17,096 nucleotides of DNA from Pseudomonadota bacterium (GCA_043822785.1 JBDRBN010000065.1:1-17096); one strand, 5' to 3'; positions 1-9,187 are shown, numbered from the stretch's first letter. Made by a program: numbers and translations. The notes: generated by a model not told the origin, from the letters alone.

Positions 1-65
1 GCAATCCCCTTATAACCTCTGTTTGCGGGAGATTGCTTCGTCGCTAAACGCTCCTCGCAATGACA
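1..65. repeat. Palindromic REP/RPE-like element, left part cut off by the window edge
   Basis: GCAATCCC-(loop)-GGGAGATTGC stem followed by TTCGTCGCTAAACGCTCCTCGCAATGACA. Shares GGAGATTGCTTCG and CCTCGCAATGACAC with the copy at 9221-9314. Confidence 0.8.
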
Positions 66-130
66 CCTAGACATGAGAAAAATGAATTCTTATATTTCAA
101 CCAGTTAACACCTCTAACGCGACAGCAGTG

Positions 131-222
131 CAAACTCCAAATACCAAATTCCAAGCTCCAATGCCCAAAAGCTCTATATTAGAAGGTTATTGTTGGAATT
201 TGGGATTTGGTGCTTGGAATTT
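131..222. repeat. Inverted pair of degenerate heptamer tandem arrays just downstream of bamA; possible terminator-like hairpin
   Basis: Left arm CAAACTC CAAATAC CAAATTC CAAGCTC CAATGCC (131-165); right arm TTGGAAT TTGGGAT TTGGTGC TTGGAAT (193-220). The two arms are approximate reverse complements. Confidence 0.75.
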
Positions 223-230
223 TTTAAGCC

Positions 231-2534
231 TCAAAAGAAATTACCAATAGTGAAATTAAACACAACAGGGTCTTCGCCAGGCTGGCGACCAATTGGGAAA
301 CCCCACTCAAAACGAAGTGGGCCCATAGGCGAGTTCCACCTGATGCCAAAGCCGTAGTCTAGACGGAGGTTTGCGATGTTGTAGTTTTGATTTTCTGCAA
401 ACGCGTTTCCAGCATCAAAGAACACAACCCCTCTGATGCCTGCTTTGTCATAGATTGGTATTTCGAACTCGGTTATGAAGAGCAAAAGCTTGTCACCGCC
501 ATACACGAAGTCTGCGTCTTGGCCTGAAATGCTGCTAGGGATTCGTATCTTAGGGCCAACGGCCTCTGGCTGATATCCTCTCAGCGAATAGACTCCGCCT
601 GTGAAGAATCTCTCAAAGAGAGGCACCGGCCTATCATTTAAACTCTTTATATAACCTATGCGGAAGAGCTCTTTGAATATCAACCTGTTCTTTATGATCG
701 GCTGGTAGAACATCGTTCTGAAATTCACCCTGTAGAAGTCGTTGTCTCCGCCTAACTTTGTACCAGAGACCTCCTGGGTTACCACGTTGTACAGGCCTTT
801 TGATGGGAGCAGCCTGTTATCGCGCGTATCGCGCGCAAGAGTAAGGCTTATGCTCGACGTAAGACCGTCAGTGTTTTGCCTAAAGAACTGCGGCACAGTA
901 AAGCTGAAGCTACCTACTTTAACCTGCTCGAAAGTGTAGCCGAGTTGCGCTGACCAATAATCGAAGAAGCGCCGGCCTAATGAGAGCTCACCGCCGGTGG
1001 ATTCTCTGCGGAAGTCGTTGTATTTGTAAGCGTTGCGATAAACAGACATTCCAGCCATCCATCTGCTATCGAGAAAGTACGGATCGTTAACAGATAGCAT
1101 GAAGAGCTGGCGCCTCTTTGAAAGCTCAGCCGATATTGAACCGCTTATGCCATAACCGAAAAAGTTATCCTTCTGTACGGACGCATTGAACATGAACTTG
1201 TCCACTGAGGAGAAGCCTGCCCCGATGTTAAAGGTTCCAGTGGGACGTTCCTTAACATCGATGTTGAGGTTCATCGTGTCGTCCGCAGTACCCCTCGGCG
1301 TTGCAAAGTTTACTTCTTCAAAAAAACCAAGCCTCATGAGTTTCTCGCGGCTCTTTCTCAGACCTCGCTCGCTGTAGCGATCGTCCTCCTTTATTTCCAT
1401 CTCACGGCGAATCACTTTGTCGCGTGTGGTAGTGTTGCCACTGATGTTTATCCGCTCGACTGTAATGCGCTTGCCTTTAGCCATGTGGATGTTGATGTCA
1501 GCAGTTAGCGTTTCATCATTCGGCATGGTCTGAGGTACAATGGTTGCGTACGCGTAACCCTCATCGCCATAGCGCTCAACCAGTTGAAGGATATCCTGCT
1601 CAAGCGTCATCTGGGAATATATGTCGCCTTTCTTGGTCTTGAGCAGACTCATAAGCTCTTGGCGCGTGGTGAGAATATCACCAGACATTGTCACATCACC
1701 GATGCGATATTGATCGCCCTCATGAATCTGGAACGTTACAAAGATATAACGCTTGTCATTTGAGATGGTGGTCTTTGGAGGCGAAACTTTCACCTTAAGA
1801 TAACCGTGGTTGAGATAATGATATGTCAGAAGAAGAGTATCCTGCTTTAGCATCTCCTCCTCATACTTTCCTGTTCCAGTGAGAAAGGAAAAAGCGGTCT
1901 TCTTACGAGTCTTCACTACCTTTCTGAGATTCTTGTCTTTAAAGACCTCGTTGCCTACAAAAAATACCTGTCTGACCACAACGCCCTTGTTCTCCTTTAG
2001 GTCGAACACGAGCCTTGCATCACCTTCCTCACCGCTCTCCATATGATATGAGACCTCGGCAAGATAAAATCCCTTTTTGGCATATGCAGCGCGAATAGCC
2101 TGTATGGACTCGGCCACGGCTTTTTCATCCAGCACCGTAAAAGTGCGCTGTTTGACTTCGGAATAAAGATCCTCGTCCTTTATCTTCTTGTTTCCTTCAA
2201 AGGCGATCTCGGAGATAAGCGGCTTTTCGTCTAAGATGAAAGTTATCTTTACTCCACCTGGCACGCTTTCACTATCAACCTTTACATCTCGAAACTGGCC
2301 GAGCTTGTAGATGGATTTAATGTCTTCGTCTATTCGGTCAAGATTGAGCGGAGCACCCACGGAAGTTACTATTCTTGTGCGAAGGGTTTGTTCAGGAGTG
2401 CGCTTGTTGCCGACAAAGGATATCTCCTTGACGATGAGCGATGCGGCAAGCGCTTGTACAGATATAAGTACACAGGCCATGATGATGCCTATGCACAGCG
2501 TTATGGTTCTAAATATTCTTCCCCCGTTAGACAT
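231..2534 (-). CDS. bamA: Outer membrane protein assembly factor BamA
   Basis: 767 aa; N-terminal signal peptide; repeated POTRA-type segments (FVGNKRT, FEGNKKI, FVGNEVF, ISGNTTTRDKVIRRE); loop-6 motif LRGY; C-terminal barrel signature WNSPMGPLRFEWG...FTIGNFF; follows lolD. Confidence 0.97.
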   Translation of the reverse strand: MSNGGRIFRTITLCIGIIMACVLISVQALAASLIVKEISFVGNKRTPEQTLRTRIVTSVGAPLNLDRIDEDIKSIYKLGQFRDVKVDSESVPGGVKITFILDEKPLISEIAFEGNKKIKDEDLYSEVKQRTFTVLDEKAVAESIQAIRAAYAKKGFYLAEVSYHMESGEEGDARLVFDLKENKGVVVRQVFFVGNEVFKDKNLRKVVKTRKKTAFSFLTGTGKYEEEMLKQDTLLLTYHYLNHGYLKVKVSPPKTTISNDKRYIFVTFQIHEGDQYRIGDVTMSGDILTTRQELMSLLKTKKGDIYSQMTLEQDILQLVERYGDEGYAYATIVPQTMPNDETLTADINIHMAKGKRITVERINISGNTTTRDKVIRREMEIKEDDRYSERGLRKSREKLMRLGFFEEVNFATPRGTADDTMNLNIDVKERPTGTFNIGAGFSSVDKFMFNASVQKDNFFGYGISGSISAELSKRRQLFMLSVNDPYFLDSRWMAGMSVYRNAYKYNDFRRESTGGELSLGRRFFDYWSAQLGYTFEQVKVGSFSFTVPQFFRQNTDGLTSSISLTLARDTRDNRLLPSKGLYNVVTQEVSGTKLGGDNDFYRVNFRTMFYQPIIKNRLIFKELFRIGYIKSLNDRPVPLFERFFTGGVYSLRGYQPEAVGPKIRIPSSISGQDADFVYGGDKLLLFITEFEIPIYDKAGIRGVVFFDAGNAFAENQNYNIANLRLDYGFGIRWNSPMGPLRFEWGFPIGRQPGEDPVVFNFTIGNFF

Positions 2535-2550
2535 GAATAGCCTTTTTCAT

Positions 2551-3237
2551 TCAGATCAACATGCTAAATTTTCTTAGCTGTCCGTCGCACAATTCTAAGC
2601 ATCTGGAAAAACCGTATACGAGATCTCTATTATGAGTTACTGCAACGAGCGAAATACCCATGTTGTCATTGAGCCCTCTTAAGTAATCCCACACCTTTTG
2701 TCCTGTATCCTTGTCGAGGTTGCCCGTTGGTTCATCTGCAAATATTATTCGCGGCTTCATGACAGCTGCCCTGGCAATGGCTACCCTCTGCTGTTCTCCG
2801 CCAGAGAGCCTAGCCGGCCTGTGCAAGAGACGATCGGAAAGCCCTACTTCCTCAAGAACCTCGCTCGCTCGTCTTTTTGCTTCCGCCTTTCCTATGCCAG
2901 CGATAAGAGGCGGCAGCATGACATTCTCAAGAGCAGTAAACTCAGGCAAGAGATGATAGAACTGAAATACAAAGCCCACCTCGCGATTGCGAAAGCGCGC
3001 AAGTTCTGAATCGCTCATGCTGCTGAGATCAAAGCCAGCTGCATTGATCCTGCCCTGTGTAGGTCTATCAAGTCCGCCTAGCAGATGTAGAAGCGTTGAC
3101 TTTCCTGTACCAGATGCCCCAAATATTCCTATAGCCTCACCCTTCTCCAACGAAAACTCAAGACCTCGCAACACCTCTACAGGCGCTGCCATATCCGTGT
3201 AGGTCATCCATATGTTGTGTGCTTCGAGAAATGCCAT
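2551..3237 (-). CDS. lolD: Lipoprotein-releasing ABC transporter ATP-binding protein LolD
   Basis: Walker [29 protein letters not shown], signature [14 protein letters not shown], Walker B/D-loop [12 protein letters not shown]-loop VTHN; lies between the Lol permeases and bamA. Confidence 0.93.
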   Translation of the reverse strand: MAFLEAHNIWMTYTDMAAPVEVLRGLEFSLEKGEAIGIFGASGTGKSTLLHLLGGLDRPTQGRINAAGFDLSSMSDSELARFRNREVGFVFQFYHLLPEFTALENVMLPPLIAGIGKAEAKRRASEVLEEVGLSDRLLHRPARLSGGEQQRVAIARAAVMKPRIIFADEPTGNLDKDTGQKVWDYLRGLNDNMGISLVAVTHNRDLVYGFSRCLELCDGQLRKFSMLI

Positions 3238-3249
3238 ATTTCTTTCCTA

Positions 3250-3335
3250 AGATCCTTCGACTCCGCCGAGCACTCAGCTTGCAGCTGAGTGCTCGGCTTT
3301 GCTCAGGATGAGGGGTCGGGTCCCCCGACCCCTCA
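3250..3335. repeat. Compound palindromic element: AGATCCTTCG...CTCAGGATGA half-element carrying two perfect hairpins
   Basis: 15-bp perfect stem GCCGAGCACTCAGCT-TGC-AGCTGAGTGCTCGGC (3265-3297); 12-bp perfect stem TGAGGGGTCGGG-TCC-CCCGACCCCTCA (3309-3335), which includes the TGA stop of the upstream permease gene. Confidence 0.85.
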
Positions 3336-4553
3336 CCTCGCCTGCATCAACCCTTCAATGACCGGAACTTTTGCGAGTCTTCTTGCTGCTATCTTTGAGG
3401 TCACAAAGATGACCCCTACACAAAAGAGCGTAATGATTCCGCATATTACCCACGAAATGTCAATCGGTAGTGAATCCACCAAATACACCTCGGCTTCCAA
3501 GGGGATTATGTGGAGTTTTCCCACCACCATTGCCAGCACAAGCCCTATGAACAAGCCGATCACAACGCCTTTGCTGCCAACGCCCATGCCGCTGCGCACA
3601 AATATCCTCTCCACCCATCGATCAGAAAGTCCCAGCGCCTTGAGCGTTGATATCTCTGACATCCTGTGCAGAGTTGTGAGCACCAAAGCCGCAACGATAT
3701 TAAGAGCAGCAACGACGAGCATTATGCCCATGATCAGAGAAGTTACCAGCCTCTCCAGCTTCACCGCAGCCAGGAGGTCAGCGTTGAGCTCCTGCCACGT
3801 GATCGCACGATACTTTGGCCCAAGCATTTCATCCACCGATTCTGCCACAGCGGGCGCTTTGTACGGATCTTCTAGCCTGAGCTCAATGCCTGTTACAGTC
3901 GCTTTGCCTATGCCAAAGAGATCTCTTAGGTCCGCTATGTTCATGAGCATGAATTGATCATCATAGTCATACATTCCAGCTTCAAATGTTCCAACTACCT
4001 CTACATCCTCAAACTGTTTGTTCAAAGCTTTGGTGCTGTCCTTTTCAGGAATGAGCATGCGAATAACTTTTGGTTTTCCCAAAATCCCTATCTTATCAGC
4101 CAAAGCTTTGCCCATGATTACAGGAAGCTTTGCTCTATTCCTTGGTCCTTCGAAATGCACGATGTTCATCTTGCCAACGCTGCCGTATTTGCCAGGCTCA
4201 ATACCCTTTATGACCGCACCCCTTATGCCTCCTTCGCCCATAAGAAGGGCTTCGCGATATAAAAACGAATTGATCGTCACTACGCTATGCTCTGCTTTAA
4301 GTTTTTCAAGTTCAGCATACGCTCCGGCTGGATCATCAATCTCTCCGGCGCCCATGACCACGACGTGTGCATTGAAATCCAATAGCGCTCGCGTGTACAC
4401 CTTTTCAAATCCCCTGCCTATGGAGAGAGCAACCACCAAAGATATGACGGCAACCGTAATGCCCACAGCTGATACGACGCGCATCATTCTTATCGAACGC
4501 GGCATGTTCTCTGCACTGTTAAAGCGCTTACTTATAAAGTTCACTACATGCAT
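3333..4553 (-). CDS. lolE: Lipoprotein-releasing ABC transporter permease, LolC/LolE family (C versus E assignment uncertain)
   Basis: N-terminal TM, periplasmic MacB-like domain (VVGTFEAGMYDYD, VTGIELRL, AITWQELN), C-terminal FtsX-like TMs with EISTLKALG and VYLVDSLP; adjacent to lolD. Confidence 0.88.
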   Translation of the reverse strand: MHVVNFISKRFNSAENMPRSIRMMRVVSAVGITVAVISLVVALSIGRGFEKVYTRALLDFNAHVVVMGAGEIDDPAGAYAELEKLKAEHSVVTINSFLYREALLMGEGGIRGAVIKGIEPGKYGSVGKMNIVHFEGPRNRAKLPVIMGKALADKIGILGKPKVIRMLIPEKDSTKALNKQFEDVEVVGTFEAGMYDYDDQFMLMNIADLRDLFGIGKATVTGIELRLEDPYKAPAVAESVDEMLGPKYRAITWQELNADLLAAVKLERLVTSLIMGIMLVVAALNIVAALVLTTLHRMSEISTLKALGLSDRWVERIFVRSGMGVGSKGVVIGLFIGLVLAMVVGKLHIIPLEAEVYLVDSLPIDISWVICGIITLFCVGVIFVTSKIAARRLAKVPVIEGLMQAR

Positions 4554-4576
4554 TTTATTATTACCCCTAGTAATAC

Positions 4577-4615
4577 GTTTCTTGCCTTGCTTGCGTTTCT
4601 CGCGTGTCTCGCCTT
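4577..4615. repeat. Degenerate 9-mer tandem array (single arm)
   Basis: GTTTCTTGC CTTGCTTGC GTTTCTCGC GTGTCTCGC CTT. The 20-mer TTTCTCGCGTGTCTCGCCTT (4596-4615) recurs exactly at 16035-16054. Confidence 0.75.
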
Positions 4616-4617
4616 AT

Positions 4618-5871
4618 CTATTCATATCTCAACACCTCGATCACGTTGAGTTTTGATGCCTGATGAACTGGAAATATCGACGCTGCGATCGCTATGACAC
4701 AACCACATACCGCAAACACAACTGCTAAAACAGGATCCACATCCACCGGCAGAAAGTCTAAGTAATATGTATCAGGAAGTCTTATGGGCCAGCGTTCCAC
4801 ACCCAGACAGACCAAAAGGCCTAAGACTAGACCTATGAACGAACCCACCGCGCCTATGATGGCTGCGTTTGCAAAAAAGATGATCTTTACTGCCTTGGCA
4901 TCGACTCCCACTGACCCGAGTATTGCCATGTCTTTTCTCTTTGCAGCTGTGATGAGCATGATAACGCCTGCAATCGCGCATGAAGCGATGAGAAGCACCA
5001 TCACCAGTATGCCGCCCATGGCCACCCTTTCAAGTCTGAGCGCTGCAAAGAGTTTTTTGTTCTGCGCGTCAATTCCGCTAGCCTCCCAACTTTTTGGAAT
5101 TCGATCTTTGATAGCAGCCATCACCCTAGGCACATCAGTTGCGTCCGTAAGCCTAATGTGCCAGCCCTCGCTCGCCTGCTCACCCAAAAGAGCTCTAGCA
5201 TCGTTTAACGAAACCAATATGTACTTGCTGTCATAATCAAAAACTCCTGTGCGAAATATGCCATCCACTACAAACTCGCGTCGATTAGGTATGAGTTCGC
5301 CTGTAGGCCCAACATCAGCGAGGGGCGCTATGAGTTCCACTTTATCGTCAAATTCAGGGTGGACCATGAGCTGGCCGACTATCTCGTGTCCAACTATGGC
5401 AGAAGGCAAAGATCCTTTTTTAGATGTGCTGAGCACATCGACGCTACTTCTCCCTTCGGGAAAATAAAACGCTACACGCTCGAGCGCACCCAGATCCTTT
5501 GGGTCAAGCCCCCTCACGCGCGCTCCTTGCGCAACCAACTCATCGCCAGAAGTTGACTGGGCAATCACCTCGCCTTGCACAAATGGGGCAATATCCCGAA
5601 CATCAAAACCTGAAACAATATCTTCAACATCATCTTTGCTCAGATCATTTCCGCCCTGGAGCTTTGTAAGTGTAATATGTGCATTAAATCCCATGAGACG
5701 GTCTGAGAGCTCGCTCTTAAAGCCGCGCATCACAGACATGACGATTATCAGTGCCAACACTCCAATTGCAACAGATGCAATAGCTGTTGCAGTGAGCAAA
5801 GGCGCAAACCGCCCGCAGCTGCGTGACCATAAATAGCGAGAGGCTATCCATGAAGCGATGGAAATTTTCAT
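4618..5871 (-). CDS. lolC: Lipoprotein-releasing ABC transporter permease, LolC/LolE family (C versus E assignment uncertain)
   Basis: IASRYL N-terminus, IGVLALIIVMSVMRGF, GIFRTGVFDYDS, NKKLFAALRLE, KRKDMAILGSVG, YYLDFLP; the start overlaps the lysS stop (ATGA). Confidence 0.9.
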   Translation of the reverse strand: MKISIASWIASRYLWSRSCGRFAPLLTATAIASVAIGVLALIIVMSVMRGFKSELSDRLMGFNAHITLTKLQGGNDLSKDDVEDIVSGFDVRDIAPFVQGEVIAQSTSGDELVAQGARVRGLDPKDLGALERVAFYFPEGRSSVDVLSTSKKGSLPSAIVGHEIVGQLMVHPEFDDKVELIAPLADVGPTGELIPNRREFVVDGIFRTGVFDYDSKYILVSLNDARALLGEQASEGWHIRLTDATDVPRVMAAIKDRIPKSWEASGIDAQNKKLFAALRLERVAMGGILVMVLLIASCAIAGVIMLITAAKRKDMAILGSVGVDAKAVKIIFFANAAIIGAVGSFIGLVLGLLVCLGVERWPIRLPDTYYLDFLPVDVDPVLAVVFAVCGCVIAIAASIFPVHQASKLNVIEVLRYE

Positions 5872-7361
5872 TCTTCACGCTTTCTTTTGAGCTGAGGAAA
5901 TAGAATTACGTCGCGAATCGAGGGAGAGTCGGTGAGAAACATGACGAGCCTGTCAATGCCTATTCCCTCGCCCGCAGTCGGGGGCATACCGTATTCCAGC
6001 GCTTGTATAAAATCTTCGTCATAGTGCATGGCTTCTTCATCTCCGCGGCCAAGCGCCTCCATCTGCGCCTGCATACGCGCTGCCTGATCTTCGGGATCGT
6101 TGAGCTCGGAAAAACCGTTTGCAACCTCGCGACCGTATATGAAGAGCTCGAAGCGGTCAGTAACTTCCGGATCATCATCGTTTCGGCGCGACAGGGGCGA
6201 TACCTCTGTGGGGTAATGCGTGATAAAAGTGGGCTGGATGAGTTTCTTCTCCACGGTGAGCTCAAATATCTCTGTAAGAATTGCTCCAAGGCCCTCTTTC
6301 TTTGACTTGAGCTCATCGCCTAACGAGAGGGCATATTTGAGCGCCTCGTCTTTGGAAGTAAGGATCTTAGGATCGAGACCGCCGATCTTTACGAGCGAAT
6401 CCTTGAGGGTGTAGCGAGGATAAGGACCTTTAAAATTTATCTTCGCATCTTGATAGGTCACTTCAGTTTTACCAAGAGCCTTATTCGCCACCTCTTCCAT
6501 CATCTCTTCAGTGAGTTTCATAAGATCTTCATACGTGGCATAGCTTTGGTAGAACTCGAGCATGGTAAATTCTGGGTTGTGTTGGATAGAGATGCCCTCG
6601 TTTCTGAAGTTGCGGTTTATCTCAAACACGCGCTCCATACCGCCCACAACCAACCGCTTAAGATAAAGCTCGGGAGCGATACGCAAGAATAGATCCATGT
6701 CCAGTTTGTTGTGATGCGTAATAAAGGGCTTTGCTGCAGCGCCACCTGGTATGGGATGCATCATGGGCGTTTCTACTTCTAAAAAATCCCTGGTAACCAG
6801 AAACTCGCGTATCGCCTGCACGACTTTGGAGCGAATTTCAAACGTGCGCTTTACCTGCTCGTTCACAATAAGGTCAACGTAACGGTGGCGGTAACGAGTC
6901 TCAATATCTGTTAAGCCATGCCACTTTTCAGGCAAAGGCCGAAGCGCCTTTGTGACGAGTTTGAGATCCTCTGTTGCAAGGGTGAGCTCGCCTGTTTTTG
7001 TGCGAAAGAGCTTGCCTTTAAACCAAACAAAATCACCTACATCGATTTTTTTATAGAGCATGAACAAATCATCGCTAACCATTTGTTTTTGAACAAAAAC
7101 CTGAAGTCTTCCTTTTTGATCCTTTACTTGAAGAAATGCAGCCTTACCAAATGCGCGAATGGCCATGATGCGGCCGGCAATGGAGAACCTATGGTTTAGG
7201 TTCTCCAGCTCCTCCCCATCCGTAGACTCGTACTTTTCGCAAATCTCAGCAGTGGTATTGGCTGGAACAATGCCGTTGGGATACGGAGTTTTGCCCTCTT
7301 CCCTCAGCTCTTTTGCTGTTTGACGGCGCTGTTCGATATATTGATTGGTATCTTCAGACAT
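5868..7361 (-). CDS. lysS: Lysine--tRNA ligase (class II)
   Basis: OB-fold anticodon domain, LRPLPEKWHGL, FLEVETPMM, LRIAPELYLKRLVVGG, motif 2 FRNEGISIQHNPEFT, motif 3 GMPPTAGEGIGIDRL. Start moved from 7445 to the ATG at 7361 (MSEDTN), which is preceded by the Shine-Dalgarno GGAGG. Confidence 0.97.
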   Translation of the reverse strand: MSEDTNQYIEQRRQTAKELREEGKTPYPNGIVPANTTAEICEKYESTDGEELENLNHRFSIAGRIMAIRAFGKAAFLQVKDQKGRLQVFVQKQMVSDDLFMLYKKIDVGDFVWFKGKLFRTKTGELTLATEDLKLVTKALRPLPEKWHGLTDIETRYRHRYVDLIVNEQVKRTFEIRSKVVQAIREFLVTRDFLEVETPMMHPIPGGAAAKPFITHHNKLDMDLFLRIAPELYLKRLVVGGMERVFEINRNFRNEGISIQHNPEFTMLEFYQSYATYEDLMKLTEEMMEEVANKALGKTEVTYQDAKINFKGPYPRYTLKDSLVKIGGLDPKILTSKDEALKYALSLGDELKSKKEGLGAILTEIFELTVEKKLIQPTFITHYPTEVSPLSRRNDDDPEVTDRFELFIYGREVANGFSELNDPEDQAARMQAQMEALGRGDEEAMHYDEDFIQALEYGMPPTAGEGIGIDRLVMFLTDSPSIRDVILFPQLKRKREE

Positions 7362-7378
7362 CCTGCCTCCAAAATTAC

Positions 7379-7402
7379 GCATCCGCGTCCGCTTCCGCAC
7401 CC
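7379..7402. repeat. Degenerate hexamer tandem array in the lysS 5' leader
   Basis: GCATCC GCGTCC GCTTCC GCACCC, just upstream of the lysS RBS. Confidence 0.55.
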
Positions 7403-7467
7403 GTAGAAAAAACGCGAAGCCCTTTTTATGGCGCCAAATAGCCATGAAACGACTGAAATTTCAGGGA

Positions 7468-7495
7468 GTTATATTTCGCCTGCTGCTAAAGTCAA
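7468..7495 (-). promoter_or_regulatory. Putative sigma-70 promoter of the lysS-lolC/E-lolD-bamA operon
   Basis: Minus strand reads TTGACT-N16-TATAAC, 5/6 matches to each consensus hexamer, about 105 nt upstream of the lysS ATG. Confidence 0.6.
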
Positions 7496-7540
7496 GCTAA
7501 GAAGTGCAATCTGGTGATTAAAGAAATCTGCTTCTATGGC

Positions 7541-7569
7541 GCAACTTTGGGTGAATTCCCTGCCGATAA
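7541..7569 (+). promoter_or_regulatory. Possible sigma-28 (FliA)-type promoter for the orphan ORF
   Basis: Exact FliA -10 element GCCGATAA (7562-7569), 50 nt before the ATG. The upstream GCAACTTT is only a loose match to the TAAAGTTT -35 element. Confidence 0.4.
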
Positions 7570-7619
7570 TAATTGAGAGGGATAATCAACATTGAGGAAT
7601 CGCTGAAAAGGAGAAAATT

Positions 7620-7982
7620 ATGTCGTCACCAGCAGTCATAAGAGCTAATCATTGTGCTCAAGAAGTTATGAGTGAGGTTAAGGGCAATTTAACATCTAAG
7701 ACCAAGGAATATGCTTTCTTTGCCGCTCGTAGAGCATGCAAGGCAACAGCAGGTGACTTATATTTATTCAGTGCGGATGGCTTGGATGCTTTTGCTTGGA
7801 ATGTCGAACTCGCCATACCTCAATTCTGGAAAGAGCTGCCTATATATAAAGATCAGTTACAAGCTGAACAGGAAAAACTCGTTGCAGCAGGAGAAGCAGT
7901 TAAAGACGTCTTCTCTTGGCTTGCGGTTGGACCTTTCTTTGCTGGAGCATTTATTCTTAGCAAATGCAAAATTCCTAGTTAA
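7620..7982 (+). CDS. Hypothetical protein (120 aa) with a C-terminal hydrophobic segment
   Basis: Fills the gap between lysS and era; strong Shine-Dalgarno AAGGAG before the ATG; no family recognised. Confidence 0.65.
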   Translation: MSSPAVIRANHCAQEVMSEVKGNLTSKTKEYAFFAARRACKATAGDLYLFSADGLDAFAWNVELAIPQFWKELPIYKDQLQAEQEKLVAAGEAVKDVFSWLAVGPFFAGAFILSKCKIPS

Positions 7983-8022
7983 ATTGATAAATGATCATCC
8001 AGGCAGAGTGCTAAATACAATA

Positions 8023-8922
8023 CTAACCATCCAATTGAGTAGAATACCCAAGGCGTTTGATGGCGTTTTTGTCTTTGGTCCAATCCTTTTCTACCCTCAC
8101 ACGCAAATCTAAAAAGACCTTTCCGTCCACAAGCTCTTCGATCTTCTTACGCGCGTTTGTGCCAATCTCCTTAATGCGCGCACCATTCTTGCCTATCACC
8201 ATGCCTTTTTGTGATTCCCGCTCCACTACAACTGCCGCCCTGATTCTCGTGATCGCATTATCCGGTGTGGGATCTTTAAACTCCTCGATCTCCACAGCAG
8301 CTGAATAAGGAATCTCCTCATGCATCTGCAAGAAGACCTCTTCACGAATTATCTCTGCTGCGATAAAACGCACTGCATGGCTTGTATAAATGTCATCAGG
8401 ATAAAACGGCTCACCATCAGGCAGTTGTTCTTTAAAGATTTGTATTAGCGTTCCAACCCCCTGCCCCTTTAATGCAGACAGAAACATGAACTCCTTTACG
8501 CCCCAATCATCCCTAAAGCGCCCTGCTATCTCATCAAACTTACCCCTTTCAAGCTGATCTGCCTTGTTGGCCACGACAATACAGCGATCTGCACCAATAC
8601 GCGAAAAAAGACTTTGTTCGATTTCATGATCCGTTGATGCCGCGTCAATCATTAAGCAGATCACATCAGCGTCCCTTATCACAGCATCGACTATCTCCAA
8701 CATCACCTGATTGAGTGGTTTGTTTGACTTGTGATATCCAGGGGTATCGAGGAATACAATCTGCGAGTCCTCATCATTATATATACCTGTTATGCGATGC
8801 CGGGTTGTCTGGGGTTTTGCGGTTACAATTGCCAGCCTCTCGCCGAGAATTGCGTTGAGAAGAGTGGATTTGCCGACATTTGGCCTGCCAACGATAGCAA
8901 CATAGCCCGATTTAAAAGACAT
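8023..8922 (-). CDS. era: GTPase Era
   Basis: G1 GRPNVGKS, G2 QTTR, G3 DTPG, G4 NKAD, EEIPY, KH-domain VIGKNGARIKEIG; Shine-Dalgarno AGGAG. Confidence 0.97.
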   Translation of the reverse strand: MSFKSGYVAIVGRPNVGKSTLLNAILGERLAIVTAKPQTTRHRITGIYNDEDSQIVFLDTPGYHKSNKPLNQVMLEIVDAVIRDADVICLMIDAASTDHEIEQSLFSRIGADRCIVVANKADQLERGKFDEIAGRFRDDWGVKEFMFLSALKGQGVGTLIQIFKEQLPDGEPFYPDDIYTSHAVRFIAAEIIREEVFLQMHEEIPYSAAVEIEEFKDPTPDNAITRIRAAVVVERESQKGMVIGKNGARIKEIGTNARKKIEELVDGKVFLDLRVRVEKDWTKDKNAIKRLGYSTQLDG

Positions 8923-8933
8923 TTAAAACTCCT

Positions 8934-8992
8934 ATCAGCTTACAGCTCACAGCTAACGGCTCGCTCACTTTGTTCGCTTACGGCCATCAGCT
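8934..8992. repeat. Degenerate heptamer array interrupted by a short REP-like motif
   Basis: ATCAGCT TACAGCT CACAGCT AACGGCT [CGCTCACTTTGTTCGCT] TACGGCC ATCAGCT. The last unit contains the stop codon of the 66-aa gene. Confidence 0.7.
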
Positions 8993-9187
8993 ACGTCGAG
9001 CCAGGCTTGCAGCCTTGAACATCAGAAAAGAAAGCCCTAGCATTACTATGCTGCCTATGACGTTTAGCCAAAGCGGGATGTCATACCCTGCAATCCTGAA
9101 TTCGAATTCATAGATTAGCCGCAATATATGGGCAATTGCCACGATGAGAAAAATAAATCCAGCTATTATCAGAGCGGTTTTTGGCAT
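8987..9187 (-). CDS. Small two-TM membrane protein of unknown function (66 aa)
   Basis: Shine-Dalgarno GGAGG; two hydrophobic helices separated by HILRL...G..IPLW, a pattern I recall from an uncharacterised small membrane-protein family. Confidence 0.75.
   Translation of the reverse strand: MPKTALIIAGFIFLIVAIAHILRLIYEFEFRIAGYDIPLWLNVIGSIVMLGLSFLMFKAASLARRS

Noticed and set aside
131..222. Short repeat arrays here and elsewhere as a CRISPR array
   Set aside because: Units are 6-9 nt, adjacent and without spacers; no cas genes are present.
7362..7445. 28-aa basic N-terminal extension of LysS in the ORF track
   Set aside because: It is translated leader and hexamer repeat; a strong GGAGG precedes the ATG at 7361.
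7711..8112. Alternative 133-aa plus-strand ORF
   Set aside because: It overlaps both the 120-aa ORF, which has the better RBS, and the era 3' end.
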